A DNA stretch of 64,000 bases, taken from positions 156,535 to 220,534 of the forward strand of contig JAGNLY010000001.1 of the NCBI GenBank assembly GCA_017999345.1, read 5' to 3'. The translations under genes and the position numbers were made by a program. This DNA is from Candidatus Woesebacteria bacterium (GTDB lineage: Bacteria; Patescibacteriota; Microgenomatia; UBA1400; PJMF01). The stretch's first letter is position 1. The number at the start of each line of letters is the position of its first letter. Shown in pieces: positions 54,205-63,558 of the stretch. A model generated the notes under the pieces. That model had not been told where the DNA came from and searched no databases. It saw only the letters and a program-made list of their open reading frames with translations.

Positions 54205-54741
54205 ATGTCAAGAATTGGAAGAAAATCTATAGCATTACCTTCAGGTGTAACAGTAACAGTTAACGCTAATATTGTTGATATCAAAGGTCCTAAAGGTCAG
54301 CTTAAGGTTGAAGTTTTACCAAACATTACTGTTGAAGTAAAAGATAACGAAGTTTTGGTTGGCAGAAAAAATGAAGATAAACAAACCAAGGCATTTCATG
54401 GTTTGATCAGAAGTTTAATTCAAAACAGCGTAAGTGGTGTTACAACTGCTTATACAAAAACTTTAAAATTAATTGGTACTGGATACAGAGCAAAGGCTCA
54501 AGGAAACGGAGTTTCTTTAGCAGTTGGTTTTTCTCATCCAATTGAAGTCAAATCAGTTTCTGGAGTTGTTATAAAAGTAGAAGGCACAGACACAATCATT
54601 TTAGAAGGAATTGACAAACAAGCTGTTGGTCAATTGGCAGCAAATATTAGAAAAATCAGACCTCCAGAGCCTTACAAGGGTAAAGGAATTAGATACGAGA
54701 ATGAAGCTGTTATTAGAAAACAAGGAAAGGCAGCTGCGTAA
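54205..54741 (+). CDS. rplF: 50S ribosomal protein L6
   Basis: MSRIGRKSIALPSGV...GTGYRA. Confidence 0.97.
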   Translation: MSRIGRKSIALPSGVTVTVNANIVDIKGPKGQLKVEVLPNITVEVKDNEVLVGRKNEDKQTKAFHGLIRSLIQNSVSGVTTAYTKTLKLIGTGYRAKAQGNGVSLAVGFSHPIEVKSVSGVVIKVEGTDTIILEGIDKQAVGQLAANIRKIRPPEPYKGKGIRYENEAVIRKQGKAAA

Positions 54742-55112
54742 TGGCTAATATTAATCACTACACAACCAAAACAGAAAGCAGAAAGAAAAGAGTTAGTGGA
54801 AAAATTTCTGGAACTGCTGAAAGACCAAGATTAACTGTCTATCGTGCTAATAAATACGCTTATATTCAACTAGTAGATGATGTTAAGGAAGTAACTTTAT
54901 TATCTATGAGTGATGCAAAAATTAGAAAATCACTTAAAAAAACAGAGAAGATGACTAAGACAGAATCTATTACAAAAGCTACAGAAGAATTAGTAGCTAA
55001 GATGAAAAAAGCAAAAATCTCAGCTGTGGTTTTTGACAGAGGTCAATATAAATATCACGGCAGAGTCAAAGCAGTTGCTGAGACTTTAAGAAACGGTGGA
55101 ATAAGGGTATAA
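54741..55112 (+). CDS. rplR: 50S ribosomal protein L18
   Basis: ERPRLTVYRANKYAYIQLVDD...FDRGQYKYHGRVKA. Confidence 0.96.
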   Translation: MANINHYTTKTESRKKRVSGKISGTAERPRLTVYRANKYAYIQLVDDVKEVTLLSMSDAKIRKSLKKTEKMTKTESITKATEELVAKMKKAKISAVVFDRGQYKYHGRVKAVAETLRNGGIRV

Positions 55113-55114
55113 AC

Positions 55115-55699
55115 ATGAACAAACAGTCAGATACAAACAAACGACAAAATAACGCAGAACCAAAAGAGTTCGAAGAGAAAGTTATTAGAATTTCTCGCGT
55201 TTCAAAAAAGACCAAAGGTGGAAATAACGTAGGTTTTTCTGTCCTTATGGTTGTTGGCGATAAAAAAGGTAGAGTTGGTGTTGGACTTGGCAAAGCAAAA
55301 GATGTTTTAGGTGCTATCAAAAAAGGCATTAAAAAAGCTAAGAAAAAAATGATTACTGTTCCTCTAGATGGAACCACAATTCCTTTTGCAATCACAGTTA
55401 AAAAAGGTGCAGGAGTAGTTATGCTAAAGCCAGCCCCAAGAGGTTCTGGAGTTATCGCAGGTGGTCCAGTTCGTGCGGTTGTTGAAGCTGCAGGAGTTAG
55501 AGATATTTCAAGCAAGATTCTTGGATCAGAAAATCAATCTTCAAGTGTTTACGCAACATTTGAAGCTTTAACACAAATTCAAAAAATTGTTGAATTAAAA
55601 GGAATCAAGTTAAAATCAATAGCACAAGTTGAAGCAGAAGAAGCAGAAAAACTAAAAGAAATTCAAGAAAAAGCAAAGGCAAGTACTTCAAAGAAATAA
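55115..55699 (+). CDS. rpsE: 30S ribosomal protein S5 (with terminal extensions)
   Basis: VIRISRVSKKTKGGNNVGFSVLMVVGDKKGRVGVGLGKA... Confidence 0.96.
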   Translation: MNKQSDTNKRQNNAEPKEFEEKVIRISRVSKKTKGGNNVGFSVLMVVGDKKGRVGVGLGKAKDVLGAIKKGIKKAKKKMITVPLDGTTIPFAITVKKGAGVVMLKPAPRGSGVIAGGPVRAVVEAAGVRDISSKILGSENQSSSVYATFEALTQIQKIVELKGIKLKSIAQVEAEEAEKLKEIQEKAKASTSKK

Positions 55700-55705
55700 T
55701 ACAAC

Positions 55706-56146
55706 ATGTCAATCTTATCTACACTCAAAAAAATCACAGAAACATCAAAGAAGCGCGTAGGTCGTGGATATGGTTCTGGAAAAGGTGGTCATACTTCTAG
55801 TAGAGGTCAAAAAGGCCAAAAATCAAGAGGTGGATCAAAAATTCCATTGTGGTTTGAAGGTGGTCAATTACCATTAATTAAGAGATTACCAATGTTAAGA
55901 GGAAAAGGTAGACTTGAGGTTGTTAGACCAGCTGCAGAAATTAATTTAAGTGACATTCAAAGAATGAAAGCTGATGTTATAACTTTGGATGCCTTGAAGT
56001 TGGAAAAACTCATTGACGTTAAATTTAAAAAAGCAAAAATTATCGCTTCAGGTGAAATTTCAAGAAAAGTTACTATTAAAGGCTTGAAAGTTTCAGAATC
56101 AGCAAAAGCAGCTATCGAAAAAGTTGGTGGAACCATTGAAAATTAA
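55706..56146 (+). CDS. rplO: 50S ribosomal protein L15
   Basis: RVGRGYGSGKGGHTSSRGQKGQKSR. It follows rpsE directly, with no rpmD between them. Confidence 0.96.
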   Translation: MSILSTLKKITETSKKRVGRGYGSGKGGHTSSRGQKGQKSRGGSKIPLWFEGGQLPLIKRLPMLRGKGRLEVVRPAAEINLSDIQRMKADVITLDALKLEKLIDVKFKKAKIIASGEISRKVTIKGLKVSESAKAAIEKVGGTIEN

Positions 56147-56197
56147 ACATCGGGTATTGAAGAAGCGCGAAAAAAGTTATACCCTGATTGGGTGCTT

Positions 56198-57478
56198 ATG
56201 AAGAAAATAACTGAATTTTTGAAAAGAGTTAATTCCACCCCAGAGTTAAAAAAGAAACTCTTATTTACGGCAGGCATACTCTTCGTTTTTAGATTTTTTG
56301 CCCACATTCCATTACCATCAGTAAATTTACAACAATTAAGATTACTCTTTGATTCAAATCAATTTTTAAGCTTATTGAATGTTTTTTCTGGTGGCACCCT
56401 ATCAAATTTCTCAGTTTTAGCAGTTGGAATTAATCCATATATTACAGCCTCTATTATAATGCAGCTCAGTGGTATGGTGATTCCAAAGATAAAGGAAATG
56501 CAAAAAGATGGTGAGGCTGGCAGAGAGAAGCTAAATCAATATACTAGATATTTATCTGTTCCTTTAGCAGTTGGCCAGAGTATCTCGGTTTTGGCACTGC
56601 TTAGATCTCAGGGCTTACTAGAATCTACCACTCCAATGGTTTTTATTGCGATGATTTTATCTTTAGTTGCAGGCGCAATGATAGTCACCTGGCTTGGAGA
56701 ACTAGTTTCATTACACGGGATTGGTAATGGCATTTCATTAATACTTTTTGCAGGTATTATGAGTCAGTTGCCACAATCATTTGCACAAATACTTCTAACC
56801 GGAACGAATAGATTTTTCATTGCAACTTCATTTTTCGCAGTGTTTTTCATCATAATTGGTCTTATCGTTTTTATGAATGAGGCTGTTAGAAAAGTAACCA
56901 TTCAATATGCAAGAAGAACTAGAGGAAAAACTTCTTACGGCGGACAAACTTCACATTTGCCTATTAAAGTAAACGTCGCTGGTGTTATGCCAATTATTTT
57001 TGCTGTTTCTATCATGCTTGTCCCTTCTTTTATTGCTAGATTATTAATTGCATCAGGAAATCCGAAATTTATTGACTTTGGCAATACTTTAACTATTCAT
57101 TTTCAACAAACATCAGCTTTATACATGGTAATTTATTTCTTGATTGTTTTCTTTTTTACTTTCTTTTCTTCTATGATCTTTTTTAATGCTGGCGATATTT
57201 CCGATGAACTTAAAAAAAGTGGCGCTTTCGTTCCAGGAATCAGACCAGGAGCTAACACTAAAAAATATTTAGAGTATGTTGTTTCAAGAATCACAATTGC
57301 AGGAGCATTTTTTCTTGGATTTATTGCTTTGATGCCTTCTCTTGCTCAAATATTTACAGGAATTGGACAATTATCAGTAAGTGGTACAAGTATATTGATT
57401 GTTGTTTCTGTTGTTCTGGAAACATACAAGCAGGTGGATAGCATGCTCGTAGAACAAAATTACGATAGATTTATTTAA
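56198..57478 (+). CDS. secY: Preprotein translocase subunit SecY
   Basis: 10-TM SecY pattern (GINPYITASIIMQL...). The track start at 56192 is GTG; ATG 56198 is preferred. Confidence 0.96.
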   Translation: MKKITEFLKRVNSTPELKKKLLFTAGILFVFRFFAHIPLPSVNLQQLRLLFDSNQFLSLLNVFSGGTLSNFSVLAVGINPYITASIIMQLSGMVIPKIKEMQKDGEAGREKLNQYTRYLSVPLAVGQSISVLALLRSQGLLESTTPMVFIAMILSLVAGAMIVTWLGELVSLHGIGNGISLILFAGIMSQLPQSFAQILLTGTNRFFIATSFFAVFFIIIGLIVFMNEAVRKVTIQYARRTRGKTSYGGQTSHLPIKVNVAGVMPIIFAVSIMLVPSFIARLLIASGNPKFIDFGNTLTIHFQQTSALYMVIYFLIVFFFTFFSSMIFFNAGDISDELKKSGAFVPGIRPGANTKKYLEYVVSRITIAGAFFLGFIALMPSLAQIFTGIGQLSVSGTSILIVVSVVLETYKQVDSMLVEQNYDRFI

Positions 57479-57515
57479 TAAAATAATAAATTGAAACCTA
57501 AAAAAGGGGCAACAA

Positions 57516-58061
57516 ATGAAATTAGTCTTAATCGGTATTCAAGGTGCCGGAAAATCTACTCAAGGAAATTTTTTGGCAGACAAATATAAAATTCCTTATT
57601 TGTCTTCAGGTCATATTTTTAGAGAAATGGCTAAAGAAAAAACTCAAATGGGCAGATGGCTAAAAGAAACCATCAATTCTGGGGCTTTAGTACCAGACGA
57701 AAAGACGCTTGAAATTATTTTAACCTATCTAGAAAAACCAGAATATTCAGACGGCTATATATTAGATGGTTTTCCAAGAACAGTTGTTCAAGCAGAAGCA
57801 TTTAATGGCGATGTAGACAGAGTAGTTTTCCTTGAAGTTTCAGATAAAGAAGCACTTTGGAGAATTTCTGGAAGAGCAAGTGACAGAGAAGATGAAACAA
57901 TTCATGCTCTTAAGAAAAGAATTGAACTTTTTCATGAATACACTGAGCCAGTTATTCAATATTACAGAGATGAAAAAAAACTAATTACAGTTAACGGAGA
58001 AAATGACATAGACGAAGTGTTTAAAGATGTTTGTAAGGAACTAGACAAGATAGATGAGTAA
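57516..58061 (+). CDS. adk: Adenylate kinase (short, lid-less form)
   Basis: P-loop GIQGAGKSTQ, GFPRT; 181 aa. Confidence 0.93.
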   Translation: MKLVLIGIQGAGKSTQGNFLADKYKIPYLSSGHIFREMAKEKTQMGRWLKETINSGALVPDEKTLEIILTYLEKPEYSDGYILDGFPRTVVQAEAFNGDVDRVVFLEVSDKEALWRISGRASDREDETIHALKKRIELFHEYTEPVIQYYRDEKKLITVNGENDIDEVFKDVCKELDKIDE

Positions 58062-58797
58062 AAATATTGACTTCAAAATAGAATCAATGCGACAAGGCGG
58101 CAAAGTGCTTGGTCAGATTAAAAAAAGTTTGGCGAACTTTGCAGTTGTTGGAGTAACTTTTGAGCAGATTGAAGCAGAGGCTCAAAAGTTGATCAAAGAT
58201 GCCGGTATGAAGCCAAGTTTCTCAACTGTTCCTGGATATCATTGGGCAACCTGCATAATGAAAAACGATGAAGTTTGTCATGGAATTCCAAAAAATAAAG
58301 TTATAAATGATGGGGATCTTATTACAATTGATATTGGGTTGATAAATAATAACTATCACCTTGATACAACCATAACTTTCCCAGTTGGTGAGGTAAGTTC
58401 TCAATTAAGTGAATTTCTTAATGTAGGTAAGAAGTCTCTTGCTAAAGCTATTGATAAGGCCAGAATAGGAAATTCTGTCTATGATATTAGCCAAGCTATG
58501 GAAAAACCTCTTCAGAAAAAAGGGTACGGTGTTGTTTATCAACTCACTGGGCATGGAGTTGGCGAAGAACTACATATGGAGCCATCTATCCCTTGCGTTC
58601 CCTCACGATCTGACAAAAACATTAAGCTTCATGAAGGACAAACCCTTGCAATTGAAAATATGTATTGCATGGGAAATCCAACCTTAAAAGAAGATTCTGA
58701 TGGTTGGACATATAGAACTATTGATGGCTCGATTTCTGGCATGTTTGAAGAAACAGTGTTGATAACTAAAAAAGGTCCTGAGATACTGACAAATTAG
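58054..58797 (+). CDS. map: Methionine aminopeptidase, type I
   Basis: VCHGIP, DIGLI...D, GHGVGEELH, and E...E metal-ligand spacing. Confidence 0.93.
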   Translation: MSKNIDFKIESMRQGGKVLGQIKKSLANFAVVGVTFEQIEAEAQKLIKDAGMKPSFSTVPGYHWATCIMKNDEVCHGIPKNKVINDGDLITIDIGLINNNYHLDTTITFPVGEVSSQLSEFLNVGKKSLAKAIDKARIGNSVYDISQAMEKPLQKKGYGVVYQLTGHGVGEELHMEPSIPCVPSRSDKNIKLHEGQTLAIENMYCMGNPTLKEDSDGWTYRTIDGSISGMFEETVLITKKGPEILTN

Positions 58798-58964
58798 TCT
58801 CTTTTTTTAATTAGGTGCTTAAAGTAGGGTTTCTATGGAAACATAGGTGAAATTTGGTTATGGCGCTAGCCAGAGAAGACACCTTGAGGTATAATACTAA
58901 CTTCTGGTTGCATTCTACAGATAGTTTGTATGTAGTATGTTTCGAATACAATCAGGTAGTATTT

Positions 58965-59288
58965 ATGGGAAAAGTTCAAGATCATAAAAGATCTGCAAAA
59001 TCTAAAAGACAAGTTGACTCTACCTCCGACAAATCTGATCGAGATGATCGTTTTGAAGTTGAGGGAGTGGTTGAAACTTGTTTGCCAAATACAATGTTTA
59101 GAGTGCTGGTAACAGATTCTCTAGTCAAGCCAATGATTGGCAAAGTTTTGCTTGGAACTTTAGTTGGTAAGATGAGATTGTTCAGAATTAGAGTCATGCC
59201 AGGCGATTTGATCAGAGGATATGTCTCTAAATATGACCTCAATAAGTGTAAAATCACCTATAGATCAACCAAACAGGCTTCGCAGTAA
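58965..59288 (+). CDS. infA: Translation initiation factor IF-1 (extended, 107 aa)
   Basis: S1-like core FEVEGVVETCLPNTMFRV...GKMRLFRIRVMPGDLIRGYVSKYDLNKCKITYR. The track start at 58854 adds an implausible 37 aa. Confidence 0.85.
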   Translation: MGKVQDHKRSAKSKRQVDSTSDKSDRDDRFEVEGVVETCLPNTMFRVLVTDSLVKPMIGKVLLGTLVGKMRLFRIRVMPGDLIRGYVSKYDLNKCKITYRSTKQASQ

Positions 59289-59367
59289 AACTAATTCTTT
59301 TCAATTTGAACAAATTGATGTATAGTTCAAGCCTGTTGAAAATAAAGAAACAACAAAAAGGTAATAA

Positions 59368-59481
59368 ATGAAAGTAAAATCATCTTTGAAAACAATTTGC
59401 ATTCATTGCAAGTTAGTCAAACGTAAAGGAGTTCTGAGAAGAATTTGTACAGAACCAAAACATAAAGGAAAGCAAGGATAA
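59368..59481 (+). CDS. rpmJ: 50S ribosomal protein L36
   Basis: Not in the ORF track (37 aa). Translates as [37 protein letters not shown], between infA and rpsM as expected. Confidence 0.93.
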   Translation: MKVKSSLKTICIHCKLVKRKGVLRRICTEPKHKGKQG

Positions 59482-59487
59482 TAAAAT

Positions 59488-59898
59488 ATGCCTCGTATTA
59501 TTGGTGTTGATATACCAGAAAATAAAAAAATACTTTATTCACTACAGTCACTCTATGGTGTCGGTCTTAATACAGCTGAAACTGTTTTAAGAGAGGCTCA
59601 AGTAGATCCAGACAAAAGAGCAAGAGATCTCACAAACGATGAACTTAATAGAATTCAAAGAATTCTTGATAGATATGAAATCGAAGGAGATTTGAGAAGA
59701 CATGTTAGTGATAACATTGACAGATTAAAACGTATTAGAAGTTATAGAGGTCTAAGACATATTGCTAAACTTCCAACTAGAGGTCAAAGAACAAAAACCA
59801 ATTCCAGAAATGCAAGAGGTGGTTCTAAGAGAAGAACTGTTGGCGCAATGTCAAAAGAAATGGCAACTAAACTAGAAACAGCAAAAAAAGGTAAATAA
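59488..59898 (+). CDS. rpsM: 30S ribosomal protein S13
   Basis: MPRIIGVDIPENKK...SYRGLRH...GQRTKTN. Confidence 0.97.
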   Translation: MPRIIGVDIPENKKILYSLQSLYGVGLNTAETVLREAQVDPDKRARDLTNDELNRIQRILDRYEIEGDLRRHVSDNIDRLKRIRSYRGLRHIAKLPTRGQRTKTNSRNARGGSKRRTVGAMSKEMATKLETAKKGK

Positions 59899-59903
59899 TT
59901 ATC

Positions 59904-60299
59904 ATGGCTCAAGAAAGAAAGAACACAACTACAAAAAAAGTAACTAAAGCTGTCCCAAAAGGCAGAATGTATGTTACAGCAACTTTTAACACTACAATGG
60001 TCAGTGTTACTGATGACAATGGAAACGTTGTCTGCTGGTCATCAGCAGGTGAATCAGGTTTTTCTGGTTCAAGAAAATCAACACCATACGCAGCAACAAT
60101 TACTGTTGAAAATGTTGTTAATAAGGCTAAAGCTTTTGGAATGAATACAATCGATTTATTTATCAAGGGACCTGGTCCAGGAAGAGATGTCGCTCTTAGA
60201 GTATTAAGAGCTCAGGGCATAAGAGTTAGTATGATTGCTGATATGACTCCAGATCCTCATAATGGTACAAGACCAAGAAAAGCAAAGCATAACAAGTAA
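59904..60299 (+). CDS. rpsK: 30S ribosomal protein S11
   Basis: TFNTTMVSVTDDNGNVVCWSSAG...GSRKSTPYAA. Confidence 0.97.
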   Translation: MAQERKNTTTKKVTKAVPKGRMYVTATFNTTMVSVTDDNGNVVCWSSAGESGFSGSRKSTPYAATITVENVVNKAKAFGMNTIDLFIKGPGPGRDVALRVLRAQGIRVSMIADMTPDPHNGTRPRKAKHNK

Positions 60300-60311
60300 G
60301 AAAAAAATAAT

Positions 60312-60917
60312 ATGGCAAGATACACTGGACCAAAAAATAAACTAGCAAGAAAAATTGGAGAAGACTTAGGTCTTAAAACCAATGCTCTCAAAGTTGCAAG
60401 ACGTTTGACCTCTAAACCAGGCCAACATGGTGCAAAATCTAAGAGAAAAAATTCTGATTTCGGTACTCAATTGAATGAGAAACAAAAAGTAAAGTATATT
60501 TACGGTATTTTGGAAAAACAACTCAGAAAGCTTTACACACAAGCAAGTAAAAATCCAACAGCAACTGGAGCAGCTCTTTTAAGTTTATTAGAGAGAAGAT
60601 TAGACAACGTTATTTATAGATTAGGATGGGCTGGAACAAGAGCAGCAGCAAGACAACTCGCAAGTCATTCTCATGTAAGAATAAACGGTAAAAAAATGGA
60701 CATTCCTTCTTATGAAGTTAAAGTTAACGATGTTATAACGTTAACATCTAAAGCTACAAAAATACCTTTAGTTGCAGAAGGAATCAAAGAAAACGGTAAC
60801 AAAGTAACATGGCTAGAACAAAAAGGTGCTGTTGCTAAAGTTACTAGATATCCTGAAAGAACAGACATTTCAGAATCAATCGAAGAACAACTAATTGTCG
60901 AATATTACAGTAGATAA
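60312..60917 (+). CDS. rpsD: 30S ribosomal protein S4
   Basis: MARYTGPKNKLARKIGEDL...; S4 RNA-binding domain RLDNVIYRLGWA. Confidence 0.97.
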   Translation: MARYTGPKNKLARKIGEDLGLKTNALKVARRLTSKPGQHGAKSKRKNSDFGTQLNEKQKVKYIYGILEKQLRKLYTQASKNPTATGAALLSLLERRLDNVIYRLGWAGTRAAARQLASHSHVRINGKKMDIPSYEVKVNDVITLTSKATKIPLVAEGIKENGNKVTWLEQKGAVAKVTRYPERTDISESIEEQLIVEYYSR

Positions 60918-61009
60918 AGTTAAATATTATAAAGTAAAAAAGTATTAAATATCTAGAAACAGATTCCAAAAGGACAAAAGCCTAATGGGAGAAGAAACAA
61001 AGGAAAAAT

Positions 61010-61972
61010 ATGCAAAATTTAAAAAACGATAACCAAGAAACAAAGCTAATATCAGCTATGAATCCAACTTTTCAAGTCGAAGAGAAGGATGCTAGTGCTA
61101 CTTCATCAACAATAATCATTGAACCATTGGAAAATGGTTATGGTCATACTTTGGGAAATGCTTTGAGAAGAGTTCTCTTATCTTCATTGCCAGGAACAGC
61201 TATAACTCAATTTAGAGTTGCTGGTGCAGATCACCAATTTTCAACAATTGATGGCCTAAAAGAAGATGTTTTAGAAATGGCATTGAATATAAAACAAATT
61301 AAAGTTTTTGCTTCAACAAGAGAAGCTGGTGTTTTAAAGCTTTCAGTCAAAGGACCAAAAGAAGTTACAGCAGCAGATATTGAATGTGAAGCAGGATTTG
61401 AAATCATCAACAAAGAAATGCCAATTGCAACAATCGCAAAAGGAAAGACATTAGAAGTTGAAATGAGAGTCGAGTCTGGAACAGGTTACGTAATTGCAGA
61501 TGAGAAAAATGCTCTCGCAATTGGAGACATAGTTTTAGACGCTCTTTATTCACCAGTTGTAAAAGTATCTTACAAAGTTGAACAAACTCGTGTCGGAAGA
61601 ATTACTGATTTTGATAAATTGATTCTCTCTGTTCAAACAGATGGATCTATTTCACCTATGGACGCTGTCCAACTTTCAGCAAAGATTTTAACAAAACAAT
61701 TTAGTCAAGTTTTTAATCCAGTAGTTCCAGAGGTTGTTGAGCCAGAAATAAGCTTATCACCTGAGGAAGCTGAGACATTAAGATTAACAGTTGAAGAATT
61801 AGATTTACCAACAAGAATTGCAAATGCACTTAGAAAAGGTGGATTCAAAACTGTCGGTGACTTAACTGGAGCTCCAAAAGATGTAGTTTCAAAAGTTAAG
61901 AATTTGGGTGGAAAGAGTGTTGTACTAATTGACGCAGCTTTAGCTAAAAAAGGCGTAAGCTTGGGAGAGTAA
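61010..61972 (+). CDS. rpoA: DNA-directed RNA polymerase alpha subunit
   Basis: N-terminal domain GHTLGNALRRVLLSSLPG; C-terminal domain LDLPTRIANALRKGGFKTVGDL. AAGGA SD upstream of ATG 61010. Confidence 0.96.
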   Translation: MQNLKNDNQETKLISAMNPTFQVEEKDASATSSTIIIEPLENGYGHTLGNALRRVLLSSLPGTAITQFRVAGADHQFSTIDGLKEDVLEMALNIKQIKVFASTREAGVLKLSVKGPKEVTAADIECEAGFEIINKEMPIATIAKGKTLEVEMRVESGTGYVIADEKNALAIGDIVLDALYSPVVKVSYKVEQTRVGRITDFDKLILSVQTDGSISPMDAVQLSAKILTKQFSQVFNPVVPEVVEPEISLSPEEAETLRLTVEELDLPTRIANALRKGGFKTVGDLTGAPKDVVSKVKNLGGKSVVLIDAALAKKGVSLGE

Positions 61973-61978
61973 ATAACC

Positions 61979-62491
61979 ATGAGACATAGATCAAACGTTA
62001 AACATTTTAATAGAGACAGTAAGTCCAGAAAAGCACTTTTTAAGGGCTTGGTTCGTTCTTTAGTTGAACATGGTTCAATCGTTACAACTGAAAGTAAAGC
62101 AAAGGAAATTAAAAGAATTTCTGATAAGATTATTGCTACAGCTAAAGTTGATTCAGTTGCTACCAGAAGACTTCTTCACAGATTCTTTGGCAGAAAAGAT
62201 GTTGTTAATTCATTAGTTGATAGAATTGCTCCAGAATTTTCAGACAAGAATTCAGGTTTTACTTCCATAGCAGAAGTTGGCTTAAGAAGAGGAGATAATA
62301 CAAAATTAGTAAAACTTTCTTTAACAAAAATGCCATCAAGAATGGATACTTTGAGAAGTGAAGGCAAAAAAGTTGAAAAAAAAGTCGTTAAAGTTGAAAA
62401 AAGGGCTGAAGTAAAAAAGACTGAAGTAAAAAAGACCGCAACAAAGAAAGTAGCTTCTTCAAAGGAAAAATCCAAGAAAGAGGTAAAATAG
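61979..62491 (+). CDS. rplQ: 50S ribosomal protein L17 (with K-rich C-terminal extension)
   Basis: MRHRSNVKHFNRDSKSRKALFKGL... Confidence 0.96.
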   Translation: MRHRSNVKHFNRDSKSRKALFKGLVRSLVEHGSIVTTESKAKEIKRISDKIIATAKVDSVATRRLLHRFFGRKDVVNSLVDRIAPEFSDKNSGFTSIAEVGLRRGDNTKLVKLSLTKMPSRMDTLRSEGKKVEKKVVKVEKRAEVKKTEVKKTATKKVASSKEKSKKEVK

Positions 62492-62494
62492 ATA

Positions 62495-62914
62495 ATGCAA
62501 AAAACTTATTCACAAAAGACTAGCGAAATTAAAAGAAAATGGTATTTAGTTGATGCCACCGACAAAGTTTTAGGTCGTATTTCTACAGAAATTGCTACCA
62601 AACTAATTGGTAAGGGTAAAAAAGAATATACCCCAAATATAGATTCAGGTGACTACGTTGTAGTTATAAATGCAGAAAAAATTGTTGTTACCGGCAATAA
62701 AGAAGAAGAAAAAATGTATCAAAGACACTCTGGTTTTCCAGGTGGATTTAAGGAAAGAAATCTTGCTAAAACAAGAGCTCAATTTCCTGAAAGAATTATA
62801 GAAAACTCAGTTAGAAACATGTTACCTAAAAATAAACTTCAAGATTTGAGAATGGCTCGCTTGAAAGTTTACGCAGGTCCAGATCATAATCACGAAAGTC
62901 AATTAGGAGCATAA
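62495..62914 (+). CDS. rplM: 50S ribosomal protein L13
   Basis: KWYLVDATDKVLGRISTEIA...HSGFPGG. Confidence 0.97.
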   Translation: MQKTYSQKTSEIKRKWYLVDATDKVLGRISTEIATKLIGKGKKEYTPNIDSGDYVVVINAEKIVVTGNKEEEKMYQRHSGFPGGFKERNLAKTRAQFPERIIENSVRNMLPKNKLQDLRMARLKVYAGPDHNHESQLGA

Positions 62915-62920
62915 TCAGAT

Positions 62921-63436
62921 ATGGCATTAAAATTAAATAAAAAGAAAAAAGTAATTAAAAAAATAGTTAAAAAAACACAGCCAATCAAAAGTGTTATTAA
63001 AAAGACTGGCGTTCAAGCATCTTCTGAGTTAACTTACCCAACAGGTAAATATTACGAAGCTGTAGGTAGAAGAAAAGTTGCAACTGCAAGAGTTAGACTC
63101 TATGAATCCGAAGGTGATTTTATTGTAAATGACAAAGTTGTTGGACAATATTTTGACACAGTAAGTGATGCAGTTTTAAGATACAAGAATCCTTTTGAAC
63201 TAACTGGCACAGTTGGAAAATTCTCAGTTGTTGCTAAAGTTTCAGGATCAGGATCATCATCACAATTAGATGCTGTAGTTCATGGAATTGCTAGAGCACT
63301 TGTAAAATTTGACCCAACCTTAATAGGCTTGTTGAAACCAGCAGGTTTAATGACAAGAGACGACAGAATGAAAGAAACCAGAAAAATTGGAACCGGTGGT
63401 AAAGCTAGAAGTAAGAGACAGTCTCCAAAGCGTTAA
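62921..63436 (+). CDS. rpsI: 30S ribosomal protein S9 (with ~35-aa K-rich N-terminal extension)
   Basis: GRRKVATARVRL...GGKARSKRQSPKR C-terminus. Confidence 0.96.
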   Translation: MALKLNKKKKVIKKIVKKTQPIKSVIKKTGVQASSELTYPTGKYYEAVGRRKVATARVRLYESEGDFIVNDKVVGQYFDTVSDAVLRYKNPFELTGTVGKFSVVAKVSGSGSSSQLDAVVHGIARALVKFDPTLIGLLKPAGLMTRDDRMKETRKIGTGGKARSKRQSPKR

Positions 63437-63488
63437 GGTTTCATCGGAAAGTCAAAAGCTTTCTCTTAAAAATAAAAATAGAATTAGA

Positions 63489-63517
63489 AAAGCCCTCGAA
63501 TATTCGGGGGCTTTTTT
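63489..63517 (+). terminator. Rho-independent terminator after rpsI
   Basis: AAAGCCCTCGAATATTCGGGGGCTTTTTTG: a GC-rich stem with one G.U pair followed by T6. Confidence 0.75.
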
Positions 63518-63558
63518 GTTTCATCATTTATTTTTACTCTGATATAATTTAATTTGTT

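Noticed and set aside
55066-55515. 149-aa minus-strand ORF
   Set aside because: It is entirely antisense to rplR/rpsE, whose identities are certain. It is the typical shadow ORF of a conserved gene.
58854-58964. 144-aa version of infA
   Set aside because: The extra N-terminal 37 aa (MVMALAREDTLRYNTNFWLH...) have no IF-1 similarity, and the region contains promoter-like and hairpin elements. ATG 58965 is preferred.
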